DNA of 64,000 nucleotides from an uncultured Planctomycetota bacterium (GCA_963845755.1 CAWJTV010000015.1:110587-174586), one strand, 5' to 3'. Positions 18,907 through 31,491 are shown, counted from the first letter of the stretch. Numbers and translations are program-made. The notes: a model not told the origin generated them from the letters alone.

Positions 18907-20866
18907 GTGAGAGCGGGGATGGGCGACTCTTGATCGAGATGACGACGGAGACGCTCCAGCACGGCCTGCATCGCGTCGGACTGGATGAGGTTTCGCGATT
19001 CGCCCGGGTCCGCGAACTGCTGGTAGAGTTCCTCGGTTCCGTTCGACCTGGTTACGGATGTAGACGAAACCGTCCTCGGCCAGCGAGATCAGTGGGCCTC
19101 GGCGCGCAGGCGACCGGCCCTGATTTGGATCGTAGGGGTTGGGCTTGGACAGTTCGGAGATCACCTCGTCGCCGCTGGAATGGTTCGACGGGTCGGAAGG
19201 CTCCCGCCAGAACCGCGCCAGCGAACGGCCCGGGAACGGCGATTCGTCGCGCAGTCCGACGAGGTCGACGATCGTGGCCGGCAGGTCGCGCAGACTTACC
19301 GTATTCGGCACGTGCCCCGTCATCCGCGAATTCGACGGCATCATGATCAAGAGCGGCACGCGGATCTCCGGCCGATAGAGGCTCTCACCGTGGTTGAACA
19401 GGCCGTGCTCGCCCAGTCCTTCGCCGTGATCCGATGTCAGGATCACCAACGTGTCGTCGAGCACGCCGCTGCGCAGCAGATGCTCAAGCAGTTCGCCCAG
19501 GCGCTCGTCCAGGTAGGCCACGCAATTGTCGTAGGAGTCTCGAGCGAGCTCCCGATACGCGGGAGGCAACGTCAGCTTGTCCATCGATTCCCAGTACTCG
19601 CCCAGGAAGATGAAATCGTCGGCGCTGACGGGGTTTACGCCCGAATCGGTAGTTCATCCCGACCGGAAGCACATAGGGTGCGTGGGCGTCGTAGTAGTTG
19701 AGAAACGCGAAGAAAGGGCGGTCGGGCTGGCGCCTTCGTGAGAGCCATTCCGCGAACGCGACGTTGATCGATCGCGCATCCTTCCGCAATTCCCGCAGGA
19801 AGAGGGACGAGATCCAGGACTGCTGGAGTGGGCGGAAGGGACCGATGTCGAGTTTGCGGCCGACCAGAGCGCCGACCTCGAAGATGCCTTGAAGGCAGTG
19901 GTTGACCAACCAGGCTGTCCGCAAGGGCAGCAGGGAGTCGAGGAGATAATCCTCGAAGTGCGTGAATCCGCGGCTCAAGCCCGTATCATGGGAACAGTAT
20001 GTGGTGTTGCCGGCAAATCCGGCCGTCGCATAACCGTGTGATCCGAGATACTCGGCCAGCGTGGGATAACTCTTGTCGAGCGGCGTCAGCCATCTCACGC
20101 CGAGCTCGTGAGGCCAACGGCCCGTGAACATGGTCGCGTGCGACGGAAGGGTCCAGGACGCAGCGGAGCGAGCCTCATCGAAACGTACGGCCGCCCCCGC
20201 GACCTTCTCGAGCACCGGAGAGGTGTGGCGGCCATACCCGTAAAGGCTCAGATGATCGGCCCGCACTGTGTCGAGTGTGATCATCAGGACATTCGGCGGC
20301 CGGCCGGGCGGTAAGGCGCGACCACTCTCGCGACGCTCCGCCAGCCAGTCGCCCCCGAATACCATGCCGGCGAGGATCAGGACCAGGCCCAACAATCCCG
20401 GAAAGCTCAGGAGCAGGCCGCGGCGCAAGCCGGTCATCCGCCGTTCCAGGAATCGGACCACCTGAAGCGCCGCTCCCAGGGCGAGGGCCGACCAGGCGAT
20501 CAGGTAGATCTGGGGGCCCAGGACCGCCAGCACGGGCAGGATCGCCAGGAAGACGACGAGCCGAGGCCCGATCCATTGGCCAGACCGGGGCCGGACCTTC
20601 GCCAGGACGGCCAGGAGTACGCCGATGAACGCGAAGAGCGCCAGGTCCGACAGCGGGGTCAGCCAGACGAAGTGACGGCTCATCAGGTAAAGCCGGTGCT
20701 CGGGAAAGAGGGTCTTGGCAACGGTCCGAGCCCCGACCTCGATCAGGCCGCTGGCCAATCCACACCAGGCGGAGAAGATCAGAAGGTCGATCGGGCCGAG
20801 CCTCGGTGCGCTCGGCGAGGCGGGACCAGGCGAGGATCCCGAGATGTCACCGCCAGCCTTCGTCAT
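18864..20866 (-). CDS. Membrane-anchored sulfatase / alkaline-phosphatase-superfamily protein, copy 1, two frame breaks
   Basis: ORFs 19484..20941 and 18367..19584 plus a third frame (GTEELYQQFADPGESRNL.., stop 18864-18866). There is an N-terminal multi-TM region. Sulfatase motifs are PNVLMITLDTVRADHLSLYGY, SWTLPSHATMFTG and ILTSDHGEGLGEHG. Joins are near 19640 and 19045. The start is taken at ATG 20866 by analogy with the paralog at 40984. Confidence 0.88.
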
Positions 20867-20962
20867 TCCGCTCACGTTCAAGTTTCTCGTCTCCATGCTA
20901 ATCCAGTCCGGGCAGGGACCGATCGCAGACCCCGCGATCACGGTGGGACAGTGGGGGTAAAG

Positions 20963-21006
20963 GATTGTAAATCTCGATTTAATGCAAGCATGAACACTTT
21001 ACAATC
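20963..21006. promoter_or_regulatory. 9-bp inverted repeat GATTGTAAA-N26-TTTACAATC in the divergent sulfatase/MBL intergenic region
   Basis: The arms 20963-20971 and 20998-21006 are perfectly complementary. They sit in a locally AT-rich stretch just upstream of the sulfatase ORF. Confidence 0.25.
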
Positions 21007-21444
21007 ATTAACGATATGGACGACCTCCCCGTGCGCATGCGCGTACCGGCGCCTCGATCGCTCAAGGCGGTCAAGCGAGCGACTTTGTTATTGAAGAGCG
21101 CCCGTAGTAGGTTGGAGCGCCCGGGCGCAGAACGAGCCCTACCCGCGGAACGCTGGTTCGCAGGTGAGGTTATCTAAAAGTCCGATCTGGTTAGTAAGCG
21201 ACGAACCTGGCGACCCTTGCCCCGGTTTCTTTCCGACGTCCGACGGGTTCTCGAGCCGTCCGAGATCCTGATGAAATGGGCGTGGAGTCTCGCGCCTGGT
21301 TGAGCCGGTCGCGTCGAAGGAGCCAGCTTTCATCGAGGCTGGACCCGACGGCGTGGATTGGATCATTCGCGGATCGACAGGTATGATCGGAGGGGGTGCG
21401 GTTGTGACAGTGGCCCGGCGAGGGCAACGACGACGGAGCGCGGG

Positions 21445-23084
21445 ATGTCGAAGGTCATGGGTCGATTGTGGGGACGATCGAAACGGTTGGTCCTGTCCTC
21501 GATGATCGTCGTATTCTCGCTGTCCCTCTTCGCAGGATATCGCTGGCATCGCGGCCGGACCCATTCGGCCCTCCGCGCCGGCAGCGTGCCGGTTCTCGGT
21601 CGCTCCGCCATGACGATCGTGCCGGGGATCCACATCCTCGGCGGCCTGGCGCCCTCGGCGGCGTACGTGATCGAAACTGCGGACGGGCTGATCCTCGTCG
21701 ATTCGGGCCTCGACGACGACGCCGGTCCGCTCAGGTCCCAGATGGCCGAGTTGGGGCTCGATTGGAAGGAGGTGCGCGCGATCTTATTAACGCACGCACA
21801 CGGGGATCATACCGGGGGTGCCGAGTCGCTAAGATCGGCGACGGGAGCGAAGGTCTACGCCGGGGCAGGGGACGCCGAAGTGCTGCGGGCTGGTCAGCCG
21901 CGCGAGGCGTTCTTCAGCACCTTCTATATGCCCGATCACACGACCCACCCGACCACGGTGGATGTCGCGCTCGCAGGGGGCGAGACGATCGCCATGGGCG
22001 ACGTCCGCATCGAGGCCATCGCCGCGCCGGGCCATACGCCGGGGAGCTTCTGCTACCTGCTGCATCGCGGCGGCCTCCGCGTGCTGTTCGCCGGGGACGT
22101 GATCATGATGCTCCGCGGCGATGAGACGCCCCGGACCCAATTGGGCATCTACTCGGCCTACCTGGCTCCACGCTATCGGGGCGACGCGAAAGATTCGCTC
22201 GCCGCACTCCGCGTGTTGCGGACGTTGCCGGTCCCCGACCTCGTGCTCCCCGGTCACCCCCGCGCCGAACGAGTCCTCCAGAGTCCTTGCCTGTCCCCGG
22301 CGGCGCTGGGAATCGATGCTGGATGGTGGTATTCGTGAGATGGAGACGCTCCTGGCCCGATACCAATCCGACGGCGCCGATTTCCTGGACGGGATTCCCA
22401 AGACTGTGTTACCGGACCTCGATTACCTGGGAGATTTCGGGGGTTCGGCCGTGTACGGATTCTTCGTCGCACCCCGGTTCTTCCTCGTGAATGCTCCGGG
22501 CGGGCCGGGACTGGTCGAGTTCGTGAATGGTCGTCTCCGTCAACTTCACCGAGAGGTGGCGTGTCCGACCGACGTTCTGCTCACGGCCTGTGGCACCGAG
22601 GAGACCGCCGGGCTCCCGGAATTGGTCGCGAAATGCCACCCGCAGGTCTTCGCCGCCCCTGGCGGCATCGACCGGCTCAGGGATTCGTTACCCGCCGGGA
22701 CCGTGGTCCTCCCGGCCAGCGACCTGGCCGGCAAGGGATGGTTCCCCGTCGAGTTGATCGCGGTAGGCGGTCGCGGACAGGCGCCAGTCGCTTACCGGAT
22801 CACCTGGGCCGGCAAGACCGTGCTGTTCTCCGGACGAATCCCCTCCAAGATCAACCAGGAGTCGGGCGGACGCCTGATCGCCGACCTCACCGGTCCCGCG
22901 GGCGACCTTCGCACCTACTTTGAAAGCGTCACGCGCTTGTTCGCGGTCAAGCCAGACCTCTGGTTGCCCGCCGTTCCGGTTGAACGGCCAGAACGCCAAC
23001 CTCTACCAGGGCGAGTGGCAGTTCGAGATCGAGGAGAACCTCAAGGTCATCAAGGTCATCATCTCGAGCCTGAAGAAACGATGA
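21445..23084 (+). CDS. Membrane-anchored double MBL-fold metallo-hydrolase-like protein, two frame breaks
   Basis: ATG 21445 gives MSKVMGRLWGRSKRLVLSSMIVVFSLSLFAG (TM). MBL motifs are LLTHAHGDHTGG and APGHTPGS. The protein continues in ORF 22121..23218 as a second, degenerate MBL-like half. The final tail LNGQNANLYQGEWQFEIEENLKVIKVIISSLKKR* ends at 23082-23084. Joins are near 22300 and 22978. Confidence 0.85.
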
Positions 23085-23349
23085 CGTCTTCCCTCGACCG
23101 GTATCCGGTTCAAACCGAGGCACCGAGGCTCCTCAAGACGCATCGGAATGTGACTGGTCTCAAAAAAAGGAAGCCGATCGCGGATTCCGAGGCCAACGGC
23201 CCGATTCTTGCCGCCTAATTACTAAGCTATTGGGGCTCTCAGGAAGAGAGTGCGCGAAAAACCAGGCTCCGGAGAAGCGGCTCTTGCCCTAAGTATCCTC
23301 GAACTCAGTTGATACGCCAATTCGGCGGCCTTCCTTACGTCGATGAGCC

Positions 23350-23369
23350 CACTTCGATCCATCGAAGTG
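23350..23369. promoter_or_regulatory. Perfect 9+2+9 palindrome CACTTCGAT-CC-ATCGAAGTG upstream of CRTAC1 copy 2
   Basis: Read directly from the sequence. It lies ~145 nt upstream of start 23513 and ~265 nt downstream of the MBL stop. Its function is unknown. Confidence 0.25.
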
Positions 23370-23512
23370 TCCGGTCGATTCTGCGCTCATCGCGCAACCC
23401 GCTCGCTTGTTAGCAAACCAGTATAAACTCATTTGTACAGTTTGCGACATGTACGATCGAACATCAGGACCGGTCCAGGAAAACCCTCGGGCTCGTCGAT
23501 CGAGGATGAACG

Positions 23513-25918
23513 ATGCGAAAAACGGTGCGAGTTCTGCTCGTCGGCTTTTTCTGCGCCGGGGCGGCGGCCTGTGCGGTCATGTTCCTCCTCAACCCCCATT
23601 TGATGAGTGGGGTCTGGGCCGATCGGGCGGTGCCGAGCCCTACGCGGGTCCAGAAGGGCGGAGGCGAGGACGCTCCGAGACGTGTCACGGGACAGGATCA
23701 GTCCCCATCGGGCCGGATGGCCACCTACGACATCATCCTGGACAAGTTCGAGGACGGCGGCTACGAGACCGCCGTCAAGTTCATGCCGCCGATCCGCGAT
23801 CCCCGGTCACTCCAGGAACTGCGGGAGGCGGTCCGGGCTCGGGGACGGACGGGGATTTCCACGCTCAAGGCGCAGCTACGAGAAACTGAATCTCGATTCG
23901 CCGCCGACGCGAAAGCAAATCCTGGAAAGGGTCTCGCTCCAGCAGTCGATCGGCTTCCTCTATATGTACGAAGGAAAATTCCGGGAGGCGGCGGATTGGT
24001 TGGAGAAGGCGCTCGAGTCCAGCAAGTACCCGAGCGTGCCGGCGACGACGCGGACCCGGCTGCTGGCCGTGCTCGGGATCATCGCGATGCGCCGGGGTGA
24101 GATCGAGAACTGCCTGGAGTGCCTCGGGCCGTCGAGCTGCATCGTCCCGATCGCCAGCGACGCCGTGCATCGGAATCCGTCGGGCTCGCGCGAGGCGGTG
24201 AAGTGGTTCCTCGCGTATTTGAAGGAGATGCCGCGGGACCTTCGGGTCATCTGGTTGCTGAACATCGCCTACATGACGCTGGGTGAACACCCTCAGAAAG
24301 TCCCGCCCGAGTACCAGCTCCCGGCCGATTTGTTCCGGACCAAGGGAGAGGTCGGCCGATTCGAAAACGTGGCCGCGATCGTCGGCCTGACGTCGCGCGG
24401 CCCCAACGAGGCCGGCGGAAGTGTTTTCGACGACTTCAACGGCGACGAGTTGCCCGACCTGTTCACGACGTCGCTCGACGCCGATCTCGGGGCCTCGCTC
24501 TTTCTCAATCGGGGCGACGGTACCTTCGAGGACCGGTCTGCGTCGGCGGGACTGGGCGACCAGATCTACGCCTTGAACGTCCGAGGCGCCGACTTCGATA
24601 ACGACGGCGACCTGGACGTGCTGCTCCTGCGCGGCGGCTGGGAGCGGCCCTTGCGGCTTTCGCTATTGCGAAATCGCGGGGACGGCCGCTTCGATGATGT
24701 GACCGCGGCCGCCGGACTCTCGGAGCCCATCGCCACGGAGTCGGCCGCCTGGGGCGATTATGACGACGACGGCCTCGCTGATCTGTTTGTCTGCGGCGAG
24801 TACCTGTCTCCCGGCGGCAGCCCCGGTTCGGGCCGACAGGATCCGCGCAACCGGTGCCGGCTCTACCACAACCGCGGCGACGGCACGTTTGTGAACGTCG
24901 CCGCCGCGGTGGGCGTCGTCGACGAGCGGTGCGCCAAGGGGTCGGCGTGGGGCGACTATGACGGCGACGGCAGGCTCGACCTGTTCGTCTCGAATATGGG
25001 CCAGCCGTGCCGGCTCTACCGGAACGCGCGGATGGCACCTTCGAAGACGTCGCGCCGAAGCTCGGCGTCACCGGCACCGATTACAGCTTCGCCTGCTGGT
25101 TCTGGGATTACGACAACGACGGACACCTCGACATCTACGTCAACGACTACCGGGCTCGGCTCGCCGAGGTGCTGGCCAGCGCCATGGGCGTGAAGATCCG
25201 GGGGTCCAGCCGCCCCCGGCTCTATCGCAACCTCGGCACGGATGGCTTTCGCGACGTCACCGTCGAGATGGGACTCGACCGGGCCATGGCGCCGATGGGC
25301 TGCAACTTCGGCGACGTCGACAATGACGGCTACCTGGATCTCTACCTCGGGACCGGTGATATGTCCTACGAGGGCCTGGACGTCAAACTGATGTTCCGCA
25401 ACATCGAGGGCCAGGGCTTCGAGGATGTGACCATCGCCTCGGGGACGGGCCACCTCCAGAAGGGACACGGGGTCTCGTTCGCCGACTGGGACTGTGACGG
25501 TGACCTCGACCTGTTCGTCGAGCTGGGCGGTGGCACACCCGGCGACCAGGCCTACAATGCCCTCTTTCAGAATCCCGGCACCGATCGCCACTGGCTGAAG
25601 GTCAGGCTGATCGGGACCAAGACCAACCGCTCGGCCTTGGGTGCGAGGATCCGGGCCGACGTCAAGTCGGCCACCGGCCAGGTGCGATCGATCTACCGGA
25701 CCATCGGCAATAACTCCAGCTTCGGGGGCAACGCGCTGGTCGAGACGATCGGCCTGCAGGACGCCATGCAGGTGGCGGCCCTGACGATTTCCTGGCCGAC
25801 TAGCCGGACGATCCAGACATTCCACGACCTCCCCGCCGATCAGTTCATCGAGATCGCCGAGGGCGAATCGGAGTGGAAGGTCCTCCGCCAGAAACAGTTG
25901 ATACCGCCCAATCCGTGA
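23513..25918 (+). CDS. CRTAC1-family protein (N-terminal TPR-like region + FG-GAP repeats + ASPIC/UnbV), copy 2, two frame breaks
   Basis: ORFs 23513..24100, 23607..25193 and 25007..25918 join near 23877 and 25028. The signal/TM is MRKTVRVLLVGFFCAGAAACAV. The motif RRGEIENCLECLGPSSCI is present, with repeated DxDxDGxxD / LYRNxGDGTFxDV units. The C-terminus reads NRSALGARIRADV..IYRTIGNNSSFGGN..ISWPTS. Confidence 0.9.
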
Positions 25919-26225
25919 CGCGTGTGCGCAATGACCCAAGCCGCCTCAGGGTCCAGATCCCTGGGGTGTGCCGCACGAGTCTGGGCTTTGATAAGCACGC
26001 CCTCGGCGCAGGAGGCGTGACAGATTATGTGGCTGCCGCCGGTTGATTGGTGTGATATCAGGGTGGCAGGGTTCCGTTTCAGGCGGCCTGATTAACGCAC
26101 ACCCAAAAGCTAAATCGCCAAGTCCCGCAACATCTCAAGACGGATCTCATCGACACCTGTATGCCTCCAATCAGGTATCTAAGAGTACGAAAGTGTTAAG
26201 AGATATTGACTCGGCTCTTTTTTTG

Positions 26226-26253
26226 TTGACAGCAGATCGAAGCGGTGTATAGA
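26226..26253 (+). promoter_or_regulatory. Candidate sigma70-like promoter (TTGACA-16 nt-TATAGA)
   Basis: TTGACA sits at 26226-26231 and TATAGA at 26248-26253, in the lower-GC 737-nt gap between CRTAC1 copy 2 and the lipoprotein gene. It would give a ~395-nt leader. Planctomycete promoter rules are poorly known. Confidence 0.3.
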
Positions 26254-26655
26254 GTTGGGATGCTCTACAGTTTCTAGATAAGTCGTGACCGTATTCGATA
26301 CAAGCCGATACCTGATCGGCATCGATTGTTTTCCGTGGGCTCTCATTGCGAGTGAGCAGCCTGGTGGGGATAACGAGCGTGCCTTTCTGTCGCTGAAAGG
26401 ATTGAGAGGTTCCCGGCCTGCGACGGTTTCGATGGGGCGGGAGGTTTGTCGTTCCTCTGAATCGTCCCCATCGGACTGAAATCGCGGGCCGAGCTGACGA
26501 GTTGCGTGACTCCTCTCGAATCACGAGCGACCGAGGCGCGATCGTCGGGGCGAGCGGCTTCGGCCCCACGATCCGGGAGGCGCGAGGCAAGGGCAAGAGT
26601 TTGTGATTCCGTTTTCGCTGTTCATAAGTTAAGGTCTTCAACAGGAGGGGTTCTC

Positions 26656-26901
26656 GTGAATTCGTTCACTCGCGGGTTGGGGTTGGCTCTGGTAGTCGCG
26701 GGCATGCTGGGAGTGACGGGTTGCTCGACAGACAACGAGTCGGAAGCGGCCCGAGCCAAGCCTCTGGGGGATGCGGGCGTCGTCAAGACGGATCCCAATG
26801 CGACCAAGAATGAGGCGCCGAAGAGTCAGAAGGAATGGATGGAGCGAAAGGGCGATCCTTACAAGGCCGCAGGCTATCCCGGTACGACCAAGTCGAAGTG
26901 A
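26656..26901 (+). CDS. Small lipoprotein (81 aa)
   Basis: GTG 26656 lies in frame in ORF 26506..26901, with AGGAGGGG 6 nt upstream. [23 protein letters not shown] contains a lipobox, followed by a lysine/acid-rich tail. Confidence 0.7.
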   Translation: MNSFTRGLGLALVVAGMLGVTGCSTDNESEAARAKPLGDAGVVKTDPNATKNEAPKSQKEWMERKGDPYKAAGYPGTTKSK

Positions 26902-27019
26902 TCCTAATGTCTCGCCGCACGGTCGAAATCCGTCTTTACCGTTTCCGTTTCGCGTTCTCTTACAAGCACATCATACCGATGTGCGCATTCATTTTCGTTG
27001 GTTTTCAGGGGGTCCATCC

Positions 27020-28164
27020 ATGAGTCGTAGACTTCGAGGATTCACGCTGATCGAATTGCTCGTCGTCATCGCGATCATCGCGGTGCTCATCGCACTGCTC
27101 CTTCCGGCCGTACAGGCGGCCCGCGAGGCCGCCCGCCGGGCGCAGTGCACCAATAATCTCAAGCAAATCGGCCTGGCCATGGCCAACTATGTCAGTGCGT
27201 ACACCAACGTACCGCCGAACTCGGTCAACGCGTTCTGGGTTCCACCGACCACCAACACCCAGGTCATGCCGCACCAGAACTGGTCGCAGCTTGCCCGGCT
27301 GCTCCCGTACCTGGAACAGCAAACGGCCTACAATGCAATCAACTGGTCCTTCGGCGCCCGCTGGAGCGATGGAGACAGTGTGTACACCGACGGCGGTAAT
27401 GATATCAATGCCGCCCTAGGGGCCGATGCGGAACCTCAGGTCACGGTCCTGACGATGCAAATCCAGACCTTCCTGTGCCCCTCGGACACGATGAATCCCG
27501 GTGCGTCGGGACTCGTCAATCTCAACGGAACGGCGCGGCTGATCGGGTCCTTCAACTACCCGTCAAACGTCGGGCTGAACCGGTATGTCAACTCTCCGAC
27601 CTGGCAAGCGAATGGTCCCGGCTACGTCATCACCAACTGGGATACGATCCTTATCCAGCGACAGGTCAGCATCAACACCTTCACGGATGGGACGAGCAAC
27701 ACGGCCATCTTCTCCGAATGGGTCAAGGGACCGGGCACGTCAACGGTATCCCGGCCCACTCTGGGCATGATCTACAATATCGGTGTCGCTTCCGCGCCAC
27801 CGACGACCGACCAGCAATTCGCGTTGATCTGTGCGGCCGTCAAGCCGCTCCCAACGAACCAAACCGGTACCTGCCGGGCTGCCAGAGCTGGGGCTGGAAG
27901 GGTGAGTGGTGGGCCTTCGGCGGAACCTCGATCTATTCGCACACGGCCATGCCCGGTCGCTACCCCTGCGACTATTCCGACCAGCGCGAGGACGGCCGAG
28001 GTACGATCACACTGGTCAACGCCACCTCGAACCACCCTGGCGGGCAGAATGTGCTCTTCATGGACGGCTCGGTCCGGTTCATCAAGACTTCGGTCAACAT
28101 CATCGCGTGGCAGGCCATCGGCACCACGAACAACAACGAAGTCGTGAGCATGGATGCGCTTTGA
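27020..28164 (+). CDS. DUF1559 protein with prepilin-type N-terminal methylation motif (type II pseudopilin-like), one frame break
   Basis: ATG 27020 gives [57 protein letters not shown]. The C-terminal signature [23 protein letters not shown] lies in ORF 27475..28164. The join is near 27868. Confidence 0.92.
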
Positions 28165-28362
28165 GCTAAGGATTCGCTCGTCGGGATTACTTGGCGTTTG
28201 ATCACGGGGACACGACCTTCGGCGATTGCCGGGAGGGCGTGTCCCCTCATCCATTCATGGCATTCGGTAGGAGCCCGAGAATCCACTCGCTGGCGCGTCG
28301 GCCTTGTAGGAACGGATTTCACCAATCTCGGGCCATGAGCCACGCTCTTTTGTGCGACCGCG

Positions 28363-29465
28363 ATGAACACTGATGAAAAACGGGAGAAATCGCCGATTGC
28401 AAGGGTCGGATCGAGGCGATGGGGGTACAAACTTCTCTCAGCGTTACTTCTGATTGGGTTAACGGCCCTGACGGCCTGGAACCTGACCCGATCGTCCGCC
28501 CTGGAGGAAGCGCAACGGGATTATTCGCGGGTCGACCTGGTTTCTTGCTTGCAGCATGCCCTGGATCACCTGGAGCGAAGGCCCTGGAGCCATGACGCGG
28601 CGCTGCTCGCCGCAAACTGCCTGAGCCGGATGGATTACTCGGTCGAGGCCGAGGCGTATTATCAGAGGGCCGGGCGGTTGTCCGTGAACGATCTCCAGAT
28701 CCGCGCCTTCGGCCTCGTGCGCGGGCCGCATCCGGATCACGCGATTCGGGCCTACCAGCAGATCCTCGAGCGCGAGCCCGAGAATATCGCCGCCATGCGC
28801 CGGCTCGCCGCTGTGATGTTGTCGCAGAACAACACGACGGAGCTGCTAAGGCTATCGGATCGCCTCAGCCACATCCCCGGCGGCGAGGTCATCGGCTTCA
28901 TGCTGCGGGGGGTGGTTTATCATAACGACCGGAATCCGCAACAGGCCGTGGCGGCATTCGAGCGCGTCCTGGAGCTCGACCCTGAACTCAAGGAGATGCC
29001 CGCATCGCGCAAGATGTTCTGGATGCATTTCACCGATGACCTGGCCAGGAGCGGCCGCCTTGACGACGCCGGCAAGTACCTGGCCCAGGAGGTGGCGAGG
29101 ACACCGGACGCCGAGCTCATGAACCGGCTCGGCGAGACCTATCTCCTCCAGGGAGAATCCGACGAGGCGGAACGTTGCTTCCGCCAGGCCGTGGAGTGGG
29201 ATACGAAGAGGTACGCTCCCCACCTGCAACTGGCCAAGCTGGCGATTCAGCAAAGACGGCGCGACGAGGCTCTGCAACACCTAAACCAGGCCAGGCTGCT
29301 GGCGCCCGGCAGTACGGCGTTCTGTACAACCTGGCTTCCGTATATCGGCAGCTCGGCCGCGTCGAAGAGGCCGACCGCATCCAAGAGGCCATCAAGCAGG
29401 TGCGCGAAGATGCGGCCTCGGTGCCACGCGCCCCGCGGGGCGAGTGGCCCCGGTATGCCCTTTGA
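28363..29465 (+). CDS. Membrane-anchored TPR protein, one frame break
   Basis: ATG 28363, with TM LLSALLLIGLTALTAW and TPR-like helices. The tail QYGVLYNLASVYRQLGRVEEADRIQEAIKQV.. is in ORF 29175..29465. The join is near 29309. The remainder of ORF 28363..30903 is antisense to the next gene. Confidence 0.8.
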
Positions 29466-29520
29466 TTCGATCGAGGCGTCTCCTCGGTCGGGCTTGCATC
29501 GGTCCAGGCATGCCGGCCCT

Positions 29521-30857
29521 TCACGGGGTCGTGGCAGCCTGGTCCGGCGTCGCTGCCGCCTGCGCCTCATAGTAATTGGCGAGACCCGGCTGTCCTTTCT
29601 TGCGATAGTAGTCGGCCAGGAGGCGATTCATCGCGGGATGAGACGGCTGAGCTCGGAGGACCAGGTTGGCCCATTCGATGGCCTCCTCCTCATGACCATG
29701 GGCCATCAGCCAACTCGCTGCCGCGCTCCGAAGCGCCGGGTCAAGGGGCGAATCGCGCAGCGCGATGCTGATCCGCTCGAACTCCTTCTCGTCCTTGTGA
29801 AGCTGATCGACAGCCCGGAGCTCGGCAGCGGACTCGGTCTTCCTCCCGAGCCGGCTCAGGATCAGCATGCGCTGATACCGGAGGGCGGAATCGAAGGGAT
29901 CGGCATTCACGGCCCGATCATAGTAGGCCAGCGCCGATTCGAACCGACCATGGCGGAGCTCGACCGAACCGCGGGCGGCCAGCACGACGGAATTCCGAGG
30001 CGACAGCGTCAAGGCGCGGTCGAGCAACCGGACCGCGGAGGGCTCGTCGCCCTGATCCAGCGCATTCCGCCCCGCGCCGAGATAGCCCATCGGGTCCTCC
30101 GGCTGCCGCGACTGGTAGGCTGCATATTCGGCGGCGGCTTCGTCATGACGGCGCAAGAATCGGAGCTGCTCGGCCAGCCCGAGCCGCGCCTTGTCGAGGC
30201 CGGGATCGCGCTCGAGCGCCGCGCGATAGCGTGCGATGACCACCTCGGGAGCGGCATCGTGCCGCATGTCGATCTCGGTCCGCAGCAGGTGGGGGCGACC
30301 GTCGTCGGGCACCTCGCGCGACCAGCGGTCCAGGACCGCGTCGGCCTCGCGCAATCGAAAGGAGCCGAGATAGATCCGCGCCAGGGCCTCTGCGACCTCC
30401 GGATCGGCCTTCTTGCTGCCCTCAAACGCCTCGCGAAGGTACGGCTCGGCCGCGGAGGATTGGTTGGCTTTGGCCAGGACCAAGCCCTGGAGCGGTACCA
30501 GAAACTGGCGGGGGTATCCCAGCGCCCGGGCCCGCTCCACTTCGTCGTGGGCGGTCGACAGGTCGTTTCGAGCCCAGGCGATTCGCGCCTTGAGGTAGTG
30601 GGCCTCGCCCGAACGCGGCGCCGCCTTGAGCCAGCGCCCAGGCTTGCGGATGCCTCATCCAGTCGTCCGGCGTCCAGTGCACGGTGGGCAAGCCTTGCGT
30701 CCCGCGCGACCAGCCAGCGGTTTCGCAGCCAGATCCCTGCGGCAATCGCCCCCGCGGCGAGCACCACGAGATACAGGACCATCATTTGTCGCCGGCGCGA
30801 GGGGCCGGCGGCGGGCGGCGTTGCTGGCGACATCGAACTTGCCAGGGCCTCCGGCAT
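29521..30857 (-). CDS. Membrane-anchored TPR protein, one frame break
   Basis: The N-terminus is in ORF 30009..30857 (TM MMVLYLVVLAAGAIAAGIWL). The body is in ORF 29521..30540 and carries many TPR units (AEYAAYQSRQPEDPMGYLGAGRNALDQGD..). The join is near 30640 at a C-run. Confidence 0.82.
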
Positions 30858-31129
30858 CCTCCCGATAAGCGGGCTTCTGAGATCGGCCCGGATCCGGTCG
30901 TGAGAGCGGTGAAAAAATCGGACGGACGATTCCGAGCAACCCGCCTCTCCTGGCGGTCAAGGATAGCGCGTTTCGGGACCGTGGACAAGAGCCGGCGAAG
31001 GAGGCGGGGCTGATTCCGTAACTTGGCGAGCCGCCTGGCTCGGGCCGGGATTCTCCGCCAATCCGGGCCGGTACGATCGATTCTGGGGTTACGTTCCTGC
31101 CGATGTCGCCTGATAGAATAGAATGCCTA

Positions 31130-31171
31130 AACGGTTGGCTTGGACACGCTCGGAGTTCCCGACCGAAGAAC
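31130..31171. repeat. 42-nt dispersed element, copy B
   Basis: See 12063-12105. Here it immediately precedes the palindrome cluster. Confidence 0.75.
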
Positions 31172-31183
31172 CTCCCTAACCCC

Positions 31184-31491
31184 AATACCGTTGAATTAGC
31201 GCTAACCAGGAGTAAGGACAGGACTTGCGAACGACTTGTTCCCACGCTCCCGCGTGGGAACCACCCTTCTGGGACGCTCCGCGTCCCCGCGGTGTCTCCA
31301 CTGCGGCGTGACGCAGCCGACGCGGAGCGTCGAGGACGGCATTCCCACGCGGGAGCGTGGGAACGAGAACCAGGCCCTTTTCTGCCTTCAGTTTATCACG
31401 AATTCAACGGTATTGCCCTAACCCCCCCTTCGTAAGGGGGGGAAAGGAAACGGGCCATTCCGCCTCAGTTTCCCCTCCTTACGAAGGGGGG
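31184..31491. repeat. Composite palindromic repeat cluster (REP/BIME-like)
   Basis: Outer 14-bp inverted repeat: AATACCGTTGAATT (31184-31197) with AATTCAACGGTATT (31401-31414). Inside it: GTTCCCACGCTCCCGCGTGGGAAC (31238-31261), GGGACGCTCCGCGTCCC (31271-31287), ATTCCCACGCGGGAGCGTGGGAAC (31341-31364). Then C7-TTCGTAA-G7 (31422-31442) and its inverted relative CCCCTCCTTACGAAGGGGGG (31472-31491). Confidence 0.85.
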
